DNA from: Breznakia blatticola
GTDB lineage: Bacteria; Bacillota_I; Bacilli_A; Erysipelotrichales; Erysipelotrichaceae
Assembly (NCBI RefSeq): GCF_004365815.1
Contig: NZ_SODD01000007.1
Span: 30,001-62,000, forward strand
Direction of reading: 5' to 3'
DNA: 32,000 nucleotides
How positions within the stretch are numbered: position 1 is the first letter of the stretch; each line of letters starts with the position of its first letter. Below are positions 24,527 to 31,336 of this stretch, piece after piece. The notes under the pieces were generated by a model. That model searched no databases. It was not told where the DNA came from and saw only the letters and a program-made list of their open reading frames with translations. The translations under genes were made by a program, and so were the position numbers.

Positions 24527-25502
24527 ACTATATGAAACCTTTTCGTACTTTGAGCGTGCGTACTTCAATATACCCGTAACAGCAGCTTGGAAGAAATATG
24601 ATCCACTTCGTAAGAAACTAGAAGAAAGTTATACGGTGTTACAGCCAACGCTTAGCAAAATTATTAAAGACCATCAAAAATTCTTTGAGTATACGACGTT
24701 TGGTGCCTCAGAAGGTGATACGTGGGTTGGATTTATTGTGTTTTCGATTGTATATTTAAATAAAGATAAAAATCAACAACGGGCTTTCGCTTTAGAAATG
24801 ATGGAACTTTTGAAAGCATCAAGTATACAAGAAGAAGCTGACGATTTACGTTCAACCTTTATTACTTTCCTACAAGAAGATGAAATGGATAGTAAACACA
24901 AATGGGAATTGCTCTATATATATGAAAATTTCGATTTTTTTGCTAGTGAAATCACAACGATTATTGAAACGCTTCGGCCTGAAGTTCGTAAACAATTACA
25001 AATGTACCAATTAGAAGTGTCAAACTTTATTGACGATATCACACGTAATACAAGACAAATGAGTTTAGAAAGTTACATTAAAAGGGTTGTGCGTGTCACT
25101 ATTGAAGATGCAGAGGTTCGAGTCGTGTATCCAACTGTATTTGGTTCGAATTCACTAACGATTCAGGAACGATATGTGTTTATTGGAATTCTATTTGATT
25201 CATCATTTGACTTTCAAGGAGAGAATGAAGAACTAGATTTATTGTTAGCTAAAATGAAAGTGTTAACAGATCCAAGTAAGTTTGCAATTCTTAAGGAATT
25301 ACACAAGGAATCAACATATGGAAATGATCTTGCAAAGAAAATGAATTTAACTCCCGCAACGATTTCGCATCATATGAATGCTTTATTAAGTGAAGGCCTT
25401 GTTAACTTGCGAACAGGTAAAAGCAAACGGATTTATTACAGTGTGAATGAAGAGGCAGTGAAAAGCATCCTACAAAACGTTGAAGAGCAATTATTAAGTT
25501 AA
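24498..25502 (+). CDS. ArsR-type winged-helix regulator with a ~240-aa N-terminal domain of unknown function
   Basis: The C-terminal 90 aa (LTDPSKFAILKELHKESTYGNDLAKKMNLTPATISHHMNALLSEGLV...RIYYSV) form a classic ArsR/SmtB wHTH. I do not recognise the N-terminal helical domain. It overlaps the MFS gene by 29 nt and has a GGGGG RBS at 24483-24487. Confidence 0.75.
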   Translation: MLTLQQQPYELYETFSYFERAYFNIPVTAAWKKYDPLRKKLEESYTVLQPTLSKIIKDHQKFFEYTTFGASEGDTWVGFIVFSIVYLNKDKNQQRAFALEMMELLKASSIQEEADDLRSTFITFLQEDEMDSKHKWELLYIYENFDFFASEITTIIETLRPEVRKQLQMYQLEVSNFIDDITRNTRQMSLESYIKRVVRVTIEDAEVRVVYPTVFGSNSLTIQERYVFIGILFDSSFDFQGENEELDLLLAKMKVLTDPSKFAILKELHKESTYGNDLAKKMNLTPATISHHMNALLSEGLVNLRTGKSKRIYYSVNEEAVKSILQNVEEQLLS

Positions 25503-25513
25503 TTGCTTTTTTT
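25486..25513 (+). terminator. Rho-independent terminator
   Basis: AGCAATTA (25486-25493) pairs with TAATTGCT (25500-25507), followed by T7. The stop codon lies inside the stem. Confidence 0.7.
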
Positions 25514-25514
25514 G

Positions 25515-25542
25515 TTGACAATAATATTATACGGTGTATAGT
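25515..25542 (+). promoter_or_regulatory. Sigma-A promoter of the PadR operon with an overlapping small palindrome
   Basis: -35 TTGACA (25515-25520), 16-nt spacer, -10 TATAGT (25537-25542). The inverted repeat TATAC-ggt-GTATA (25528-25540) overlaps the -10. Confidence 0.65.
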
Positions 25543-25564
25543 ATTATATGAAAGGAGATACTAT

Positions 25565-25894
25565 ATGAAATTTCAATTAGGTTCAAGTTTGCTGGATGCG
25601 TGTGTATTATCAATCCTCAGAAATGATGATGCATATGGTTATAAACTAACACAAGAAGTGAAGACAGTTATTGAAGTATCGGAGTCGACACTCTATCCAG
25701 TTTTACGACGCTTGACAAAAGATGGATACTTAGAAACCTACGATAAGCAATTCGAAGGTAGAAATAGAAGATATTACACCCTAACTGAACAAGGGAAGAA
25801 ACAATACCAATTGTATTATGATGCTTGGAAAGAGTTCTCGACTCGTATAAGCAACATCATGGAAGGAGGACATACAAATGGAGAATATGACTAA
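25565..25894 (+). CDS. PadR-family transcriptional regulator
   Basis: LLDACVLSILRNDDAYGYKL...ESTLYPVLRRLTKDGYLE...RRYYTLTEQGK is the canonical PadR wHTH. 109 aa. Confidence 0.9.
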   Translation: MKFQLGSSLLDACVLSILRNDDAYGYKLTQEVKTVIEVSESTLYPVLRRLTKDGYLETYDKQFEGRNRRYYTLTEQGKKQYQLYYDAWKEFSTRISNIMEGGHTNGEYD

Positions 25895-26540
25895 ACAACA
25901 ATACATTACAAAGCTTTCCTTCTATTTAAGAGGGATGGAAGAAAGTGAATATGAAGATGTAATGAATTACATTCAAGAATATTTTGAGGATGCAGGAATT
26001 GAGAATGAACAGAGCGTAATGGAGGAGTTAGGCTCACCGCAAAAGTTAGCAGCAACTCTTCGTGCTGAGGCGACTATCAAAAGTGCAAACAATAAAAGAG
26101 AAGAAGCAGAAAGTAACCTACAACAAGAGAAACAAAAAAACAGTACGTTAAAAACAATACTGATTATTGTTTTAGGAATCTTTGCTTTACCAATAGCATT
26201 GCCACTAGCAATTGCAATGATCGCAGTTATTTTCGCATTATTTGCAGTATTAGTTAGTATGGTGATTGTTGTAGTTGTGATGATTGTTGCACTATTTATC
26301 GTTGGAATTCCAAACGTTGTACATAGTATCTCATTATTTAGTGTGAGCTTTGCAGATGGATTAGTTGCACTTGGTGCAAGTTTAATGATGATTGGAGCAG
26401 GCTTGCTAATGGCACTAATCGTAGTAGCTATAATTAGTAAGTTTATCCCTTGGATGGTTCGTCAACTCACAAAATTTTTTAACCGACACAATAGTCGTCC
26501 ACATTTAAACAAGGAGGGACATATTTATGATGAAAAATAG
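25878..26540 (+). CDS. DUF1700-type membrane protein (PadR-partner sensor/anchor)
   Basis: The N-terminal helical domain (YITKLSFYLRGMEESEYEDVMNYIQEYFEDAG...GSPQKLA) matches my memory of DUF1700. The C-terminal half is a block of TM helices. It overlaps padR by 17 nt. Confidence 0.7.
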   Translation: MENMTKQQYITKLSFYLRGMEESEYEDVMNYIQEYFEDAGIENEQSVMEELGSPQKLAATLRAEATIKSANNKREEAESNLQQEKQKNSTLKTILIIVLGIFALPIALPLAIAMIAVIFALFAVLVSMVIVVVVMIVALFIVGIPNVVHSISLFSVSFADGLVALGASLMMIGAGLLMALIVVAIISKFIPWMVRQLTKFFNRHNSRPHLNKEGHIYDEK

Positions 26541-27327
26541 ATGGATAAGAAATACAATCCTTGTTGGGTTAAGTGTTTGTATCATTGGATTTGTTGTAAT
26601 GTTAATCGGATTTGGACAAGGTGGACGATTAACAGTTTCAAATTATCGTGTAGGACCAATTGGTATGGTAGGTATCAATCGTCAATCAGATGAGAAAACA
26701 ACTACGTTTCATTTAACACCAGAAAATATCACAGGTCTTGATATCGAAGCAGAAGTTGGAGACGTTGAGATTGTAAAAGGAGATCACTTTGAAGTGAATA
26801 TGGAAGGGTTTAAACCTTCAGAAGTAAAATACTCAAACTTAAGTCATGGAATCTTCAAAATTGAAACATATAGTGGAATTGATCTTATCTCTTTAGGAAC
26901 AAATAATAACTATGGAAAGATTAAGGTTATTGTTCCTGCATCATTTGATAAAGTTGAGGTTAGTGCAAATGTAGGAGATGTGAGAGTTTCTGATCTTACT
27001 TTAAAAGAATTTGATATCTCTGTCGATGTTGGAAATTTAGAAGCAAAGAACATGAATGTAGATGTAGTAGAAATGGATGTAAACTTAGGACATGCACTGT
27101 ATCATGGTGCAATCAATCAATCGGTTGATGCCGATTGTGATTTAGGAGAGCTAGAGTTGCAAATAAAAGGAGTACGTGAAGAGTATTCAATGGAACTTGA
27201 TGCAGATTTAGGAGATATTACAGTTGATGGTCAACATCACGGTACATATGAATCAAAAGGGACAACAAATAAAAAAATCGGAGCTTCAACAAATTTAGGA
27301 GAGTTAATAATATCCTTTATTCAATAG
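26527..27327 (+). CDS. DUF4097-type beta-strand-repeat protein with an N-terminal membrane anchor
   Basis: The N-terminal TM (ILVGLSVCIIGFVVMLIGF) is followed by repeated short [VI]G[DN][VL]... strands (EVGDVEIV, NVGDVRVS, DVGNLEAK, DLGELELQ, DLGDITVD, NLGELIIS), suggesting a beta-helix. It overlaps the DUF1700 gene by 14 nt. Confidence 0.7.
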   Translation: MMKNRWIRNTILVGLSVCIIGFVVMLIGFGQGGRLTVSNYRVGPIGMVGINRQSDEKTTTFHLTPENITGLDIEAEVGDVEIVKGDHFEVNMEGFKPSEVKYSNLSHGIFKIETYSGIDLISLGTNNNYGKIKVIVPASFDKVEVSANVGDVRVSDLTLKEFDISVDVGNLEAKNMNVDVVEMDVNLGHALYHGAINQSVDADCDLGELELQIKGVREEYSMELDADLGDITVDGQHHGTYESKGTTNKKIGASTNLGELIISFIQ

Positions 27328-27333
27328 GTTTTT

Positions 27334-27373
27334 AAGGCACTTTTTAGAAAATAAAAAAAGTGTCTTTTTTTTT
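27334..27373 (+). terminator. Rho-independent terminator of the PadR operon
   Basis: AAGGCACTTTTT (27334-27345) pairs with AAAAAGTGTCTT (27355-27366), followed by a long T-run. Confidence 0.75.
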
Positions 27374-27383
27374 AATTTTAGTG

Positions 27384-27412
27384 TTGACACCTTATATGCT
27401 CCATGGTATTAT
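27384..27412 (+). promoter_or_regulatory. Sigma-A promoter of the tRNA-Ile/tRNA-Ala pair
   Basis: -35 TTGACA (27384-27389), 17-nt spacer, and an extended -10 TGgTATTAT (27404-27412). Confidence 0.75.
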
Positions 27413-27433
27413 AATAAGGCATTCGCAAGAAGC

Positions 27434-27510
<77 letters not shown>

Positions 27511-27536
27511 TTTTCTATTCGAATGTCTATATACAT

Positions 27537-27612
27537 GGGGTTTTAGCTCAGCTGGGAGAGCGCCTGCCTTGCACGCAGGAGGTCAGCGGTTCGATCCCGC
27601 TAAGCTCCACCA
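27537..27612 (+). tRNA. tRNA-Ala (anticodon UGC), CCA encoded
   Basis: GGGGTTTTAGCTCAGCTGGGAGAGCGCCTGCCTTGCACGCAGGAGGTCAGCGGTTCGATCCCGCTAAGCTCCACCA. The G3:U70 alanine identity pair is present. Confidence 0.95.
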
Positions 27613-27623
27613 TATAGTAAACT

Positions 27624-27653
27624 ACACCGAAGTGATAAACTTCGGTGTTTTTT
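27624..27653 (+). terminator. Rho-independent terminator after the tRNA pair
   Basis: ACACCGAAGT (27624-27633) pairs with ACTTCGGTGT (27639-27648), followed by a T-run. Confidence 0.85.
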
Positions 27654-27791
27654 AATCTTATTGGAGCTTGTGACTTATAACTGGACCTCCGCGTGCCTAG
27701 TTAACGTAAACTTTAAAAAAGTAAAAAACTGATATATTGCAAAAATTAGGTAGTCAAAAATACGAAAGATATCCAAATTAATTTTAACTCT

Positions 27792-27836
27792 ATGATTGAA
27801 GCGAACAGATAGAATGATTCAAGTGATGAAGATAGA
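27792..27836. repeat. Imperfect tandem direct repeat, 22 plus 23 bp
   Basis: ATGATTGAAGCGAACAGATAGA (27792-27813) is followed directly by ATGATTCAAGTGATGAAGATAGA (27814-27836). In my hand alignment, 18 of 23 columns are identical. Confidence 0.7.
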
Positions 27837-27845
27837 GTAGAAAAA

Positions 27846-27865
27846 GTTCAGTTATTGTTCAGTTA
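27846..27865. repeat. Exact 9-bp direct repeat with 11-bp periodicity (GTTCAGTTA tt GTTCAGTTA); candidate response-regulator-type binding site
   Basis: The copies are at 27846-27854 and 27857-27865, about 40-60 bp upstream of the TATAAT at 27905-27910. That -10 element lacks a good -35. Confidence 0.6.
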
Positions 27866-27934
27866 GAATCTATGGATTTACTTTTTGTTTAGGTGGAATT
27901 GTTGTATAATAATCAAGAATATATGGAGGAATTT

Positions 27935-28891
27935 ATGTTAAACGAAATCGCTAAGAAATATATGGATCAATATGGTTGTCGCTTTAAGGGATCACAAAAA
28001 CGTAAGTTCCGTGAAGCCATCTCGCACGACTTTGAACAATTGGGTTATAAAGTAGAAACAGACACACAAAGAGTCAAACTATCTCGTGTGAATAATTTAT
28101 ATGTAGGTAGTATCAAACAAGCAAAGTATGTGTTTGTTATACCGTATAATACACCACCAAAGGTATTTTGGTTTAAGAATCGAATTTACCCACAAGATGG
28201 ATATAAACAAATGCGTAGAATGTTTTTCCCGCGTTTTGTGCCAATGATTGCAGGTTACTTAGTATTACTTGCGTTGCTATATATTATTCCGGCATTCTTG
28301 CCAGCAAGTATTGCAACATATTTCTTTATCTTTGTGTTGTTGTATTTAGCTGCACTGGTTGTCTTTATTGTACGAGGTGTACCAAATAAGAAGAACTATG
28401 TAAATAACAGTGCATCGATTGCCATTGCTCTTGATATGGCTGAACAGTTAAGTCCAAGTCAACGTAAAGAAGTCATGTTTGCTTTCACAGATAGTAATCA
28501 AGTACATTTAAGTAATGGGAATGTAGCATTCCAAAAATACTTGGTCGCAAACAATAAAGCAAGTGCTTCAATGATTATGCTTTTCTGCATTGGTCGAGGA
28601 AGTCAAATTTCATATCAAGTAGGACGTGGACTAAAGAATGAAGCGCGTGATATGCAAAAAGCATATAAAGGAACAACACCAATTGAAATTGTGCAAATGG
28701 GTGATGATCGTAAAGCGGAGGGTATCTTACGTGATTTCTCAAAAGCAATGATGATTTCAACAGGTGATAATGAAGACGGAAGTCTGATGGTTGAGGGATG
28801 TGCAACAGGTAAAGATCATTCAGTGAACATGGAAATGGTCGAACGAATTAGTGAAAGTCTTGTTGCATTCATTCAAAAAAATAGAAAATAA
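27935..28891 (+). CDS. Membrane protein: M28-peptidase-like fold with apparently degenerate metal ligands, split by a TM hairpin (hypothetical)
   Basis: GGAGG at 27925-27929 supports ATG 27935. RFKGSQKRKFREAISHDFEQLGYKVE...KYVFVIPYNTP and NNSASIAIALDMAEQL...VMFAFTDSNQ resemble the M28 blocks (..aHyDs.. / DNASG..EE), but with the ligands replaced. Two TM helices lie between the halves (VPMIAGYLVLLALLYIIPAF, IATYFFIFVLLYLAALVVFIV). This is a by-eye assignment. Confidence 0.5.
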   Translation: MLNEIAKKYMDQYGCRFKGSQKRKFREAISHDFEQLGYKVETDTQRVKLSRVNNLYVGSIKQAKYVFVIPYNTPPKVFWFKNRIYPQDGYKQMRRMFFPRFVPMIAGYLVLLALLYIIPAFLPASIATYFFIFVLLYLAALVVFIVRGVPNKKNYVNNSASIAIALDMAEQLSPSQRKEVMFAFTDSNQVHLSNGNVAFQKYLVANNKASASMIMLFCIGRGSQISYQVGRGLKNEARDMQKAYKGTTPIEIVQMGDDRKAEGILRDFSKAMMISTGDNEDGSLMVEGCATGKDHSVNMEMVERISESLVAFIQKNRK

Positions 28892-28899
28892 GGGGTAAG

Positions 28900-30435
28900 A
28901 TGAAACAAATTTTTCGATTACTAACCAATAAAATCGTAATTGTTGGAGTATTGATCATACTGCAACTCGGGCTAGTAATGCTAGGGGTATACACTCTTAG
29001 TGTTTTTAGCTTAGATGCGTATTCCATCTTTCATGTATTTTCAATTTTAGCAGCCTTATATGTAATTAATCGAAACGATAATCCATCGTATAAACTATCC
29101 TGGTCAATTTTGATTTTGATTGCACCAGTATTTGGATGGCTATTTTACTTAATGTTTGGGGCAAAGAAAGTACCTAAGAAGTTACGTGAACGTGATGAAG
29201 TATTACATCAAGATGTCGTAGCGCATATTGAAGGAAATGAAGAACTATATCATTATTTAGTACAAAATGATGGAAGTGCCTATAAACAAATTAATTACAT
29301 TTGGAATGCAAGTCAATTCCCACCATATGGAAAAACGCGAACTAAGTTTTTTGCGACAGGTGAAGAAAACTTCGCGGAATTGATGTTGCAATTAAAACGT
29401 GCAGAGAAGTTTATCTTTATGGAATACTTCATCATTGATGAAGGATACATGTGGGATAGTATACTTGAGGTGCTTGTACAAAAAGTCAATGAAGGTGTAG
29501 ATGTACGCCTTATTTATGATGATTTTGGTTGTGCAAGTAAACTTCCAAGTAAAACAAACCTCAAACTCGAAGCACTGGGAATTAAAACGTATGTGTTTAA
29601 TCCAATTCGACCACGCTTGGCTATTCAAATGAATAATCGCGATCACAGAAAAATAACAGTTATTGATGGTAAAGTTGCTTTCTCTGGTGGAATCAACATC
29701 GCAGATGAGTATATCAATCGTAAAGTGCGCTTTGGTCATTGGAAAGATGGTGGAGCCATGCTTGAAGGAGAAGCGGTGTGGAGTTTTACCTTTATGTTCT
29801 TACAGTTTTGGAATTATAACAGTGATGAAAAAGATAACTATCATGATTTCAAACAACCGGATGAAGCATTTGAGATGTATCCAAATGATGGTTTAGTACA
29901 ACCGTTTAGTGATACCCCAACAGATGATGAAAATGTTGGAGAGTACACACATATTAATATGATTAATAATGCAACGGATTATGTATATATCACAACACCA
30001 TATTTAGTTATTGATTCGGAGATGCGAACAGCATTAATCTTAGCGGCAAAGAACGGTGTGGACGTGCGAATTTTAGTTCCGCATATTCCAGATAAGAAAG
30101 TCGTGTTTCAACTGACACGCTCAAACTATGAAATCTTAACACGCAATGGTGTTAGAATTTATGAATACACACCAGGCTTTGTGCATGCAAAGACCTTTGT
30201 TTCTGATGATAAGTATGCCATCGTAGGAACGAGTAATATGGATTTCCGTTCATACTACTTACACTATGAATGTGGGATTTGGTTTTATAAGAGCAGTTGT
30301 ATTGAAGATATAAAACGTGATTATCTTGAAATGCTTGATGTTTCGCAAGAAATTACGTATGAATATTGTCGTAGTGAGAAACTTGTTGTGCGAATGATTC
30401 GTGCAATTCTCAATGTATTCTCACCACTTATGTAG
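28900..30435 (+). CDS. cls: Cardiolipin synthase (PLD superfamily)
   Basis: It has two N-terminal TM helices and two HKD motifs (HRKITVIDGKVAFSGGINIADEY and HAKTFVSDDKYAIVGTSNMDFRS). 511 aa. It starts 8 nt after the preceding stop. Confidence 0.92.
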   Translation: MKQIFRLLTNKIVIVGVLIILQLGLVMLGVYTLSVFSLDAYSIFHVFSILAALYVINRNDNPSYKLSWSILILIAPVFGWLFYLMFGAKKVPKKLRERDEVLHQDVVAHIEGNEELYHYLVQNDGSAYKQINYIWNASQFPPYGKTRTKFFATGEENFAELMLQLKRAEKFIFMEYFIIDEGYMWDSILEVLVQKVNEGVDVRLIYDDFGCASKLPSKTNLKLEALGIKTYVFNPIRPRLAIQMNNRDHRKITVIDGKVAFSGGINIADEYINRKVRFGHWKDGGAMLEGEAVWSFTFMFLQFWNYNSDEKDNYHDFKQPDEAFEMYPNDGLVQPFSDTPTDDENVGEYTHINMINNATDYVYITTPYLVIDSEMRTALILAAKNGVDVRILVPHIPDKKVVFQLTRSNYEILTRNGVRIYEYTPGFVHAKTFVSDDKYAIVGTSNMDFRSYYLHYECGIWFYKSSCIEDIKRDYLEMLDVSQEITYEYCRSEKLVVRMIRAILNVFSPLM

Positions 30436-30444
30436 GAGGAATTT

Positions 30445-31296
30445 ATGAATCAAAATGTTGGGATTATTTGCGAAGGCGGAGGAACCAAAGCAGCCTATAC
30501 CAGCGGTGTTTTAAAAGCATTACTAGACCATGATATAAAACTGCCGTATTCAGTTGGAATTAGTGCAGGAGCTGAAAATCTACTGCCCTATGTGTCACGT
30601 CAACCATATCGTTTGGAAGTGACAGGAATTGAAGCAGGAACTCAAAAAGATGCAGTAGGTATTCGACCATTATTTAAAGAAGGTGGGATCTTCGGTTTAA
30701 ATGCAGTTTTCCAATTTCTAGAGAAAAAGACACCTCTTGATTATGATACCTTTTATAAGAGCCGTACAAGGCTTGATATCGGCTTATATAACATCGAGAA
30801 GGGAACAGTGGAGTATTACAGTAAAGAGTACTTAGACAAGGACCAAACGCTTGTGAAGGCAAGTTGTGCATTACTGTTATTAACGAAACCTTACAAATAT
30901 TTAGGTGGTTTATATATGGATGCAGGATTGATTGATATGATTCCAATCGAGCAAAGCATTCGTCAAGGAAATACGAAGCATATTTTCATTTCGACAAAAG
31001 AAGAAGGATATGTACGTAAACCTGCACCTGGATGGCAAATATGCTTAGCCAAAATGAAGTATCGTAAATATCCACATGTTGCACGTGATTTGAAATTACG
31101 TCATGTTCGCTATAAAGAACAATGGGATAAAGTTGAAGAATTAGAAAGCAAAGGACAAGCTTTAGTTTTACGTCCTAGTGAAGATCATGGAATTACGCGG
31201 TATACGCAAGATCCTGATAAACTTCGTGGATGGTTCCAATTGGGGTATGATGATACCATTGCACGATTGGATACAATTAAAGAATTTATTAAATAA
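30445..31296 (+). CDS. Patatin-like phospholipase family protein
   Basis: Oxyanion motif CEGGGTKAAY, nucleophile elbow GISAGA (GxSxG) and catalytic Asp motif DAGL. AGGAGG RBS. It starts 9 nt after the cls stop. Confidence 0.85.
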   Translation: MNQNVGIICEGGGTKAAYTSGVLKALLDHDIKLPYSVGISAGAENLLPYVSRQPYRLEVTGIEAGTQKDAVGIRPLFKEGGIFGLNAVFQFLEKKTPLDYDTFYKSRTRLDIGLYNIEKGTVEYYSKEYLDKDQTLVKASCALLLLTKPYKYLGGLYMDAGLIDMIPIEQSIRQGNTKHIFISTKEEGYVRKPAPGWQICLAKMKYRKYPHVARDLKLRHVRYKEQWDKVEELESKGQALVLRPSEDHGITRYTQDPDKLRGWFQLGYDDTIARLDTIKEFIK

Positions 31297-31297
31297 G

Positions 31298-31336
31298 AAA
31301 AGAGATTTCTACAGTTCGTCTGTCGAAATCTCTTTT
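31298..31336. terminator. Bidirectional terminator between the patatin gene and the convergent minus-strand gene
   Basis: A 12-bp stem AAAAGAGATTTC (31298-31309) pairs with GAAATCTCTTTT (31325-31336). The last codons of the minus-strand gene lie inside the hairpin. Confidence 0.75.

Noticed and set aside
27661-27669. TGGAGCTT, the reverse complement of the tRNA-Ala 3' acceptor segment AAGCTCCA, lying just after the tRNA terminator. I considered it as an att-site scar of an integrated element.
   Set aside because: The match is only 8 bp and inverted rather than direct. There is no integrase, no second copy, and no obvious compositional break downstream. It is compatible with chance.
30445-31296. 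The patatin-like phospholipase as a CBASS CapV-type antiphage effector.
   Set aside because: No CD-NTase/cyclase, cyclic-nucleotide sensor or other defence gene lies adjacent. The gene is operonic with cardiolipin synthase, and its size and motifs fit ordinary housekeeping-type patatin proteins. A lipid-metabolism context is more parsimonious.
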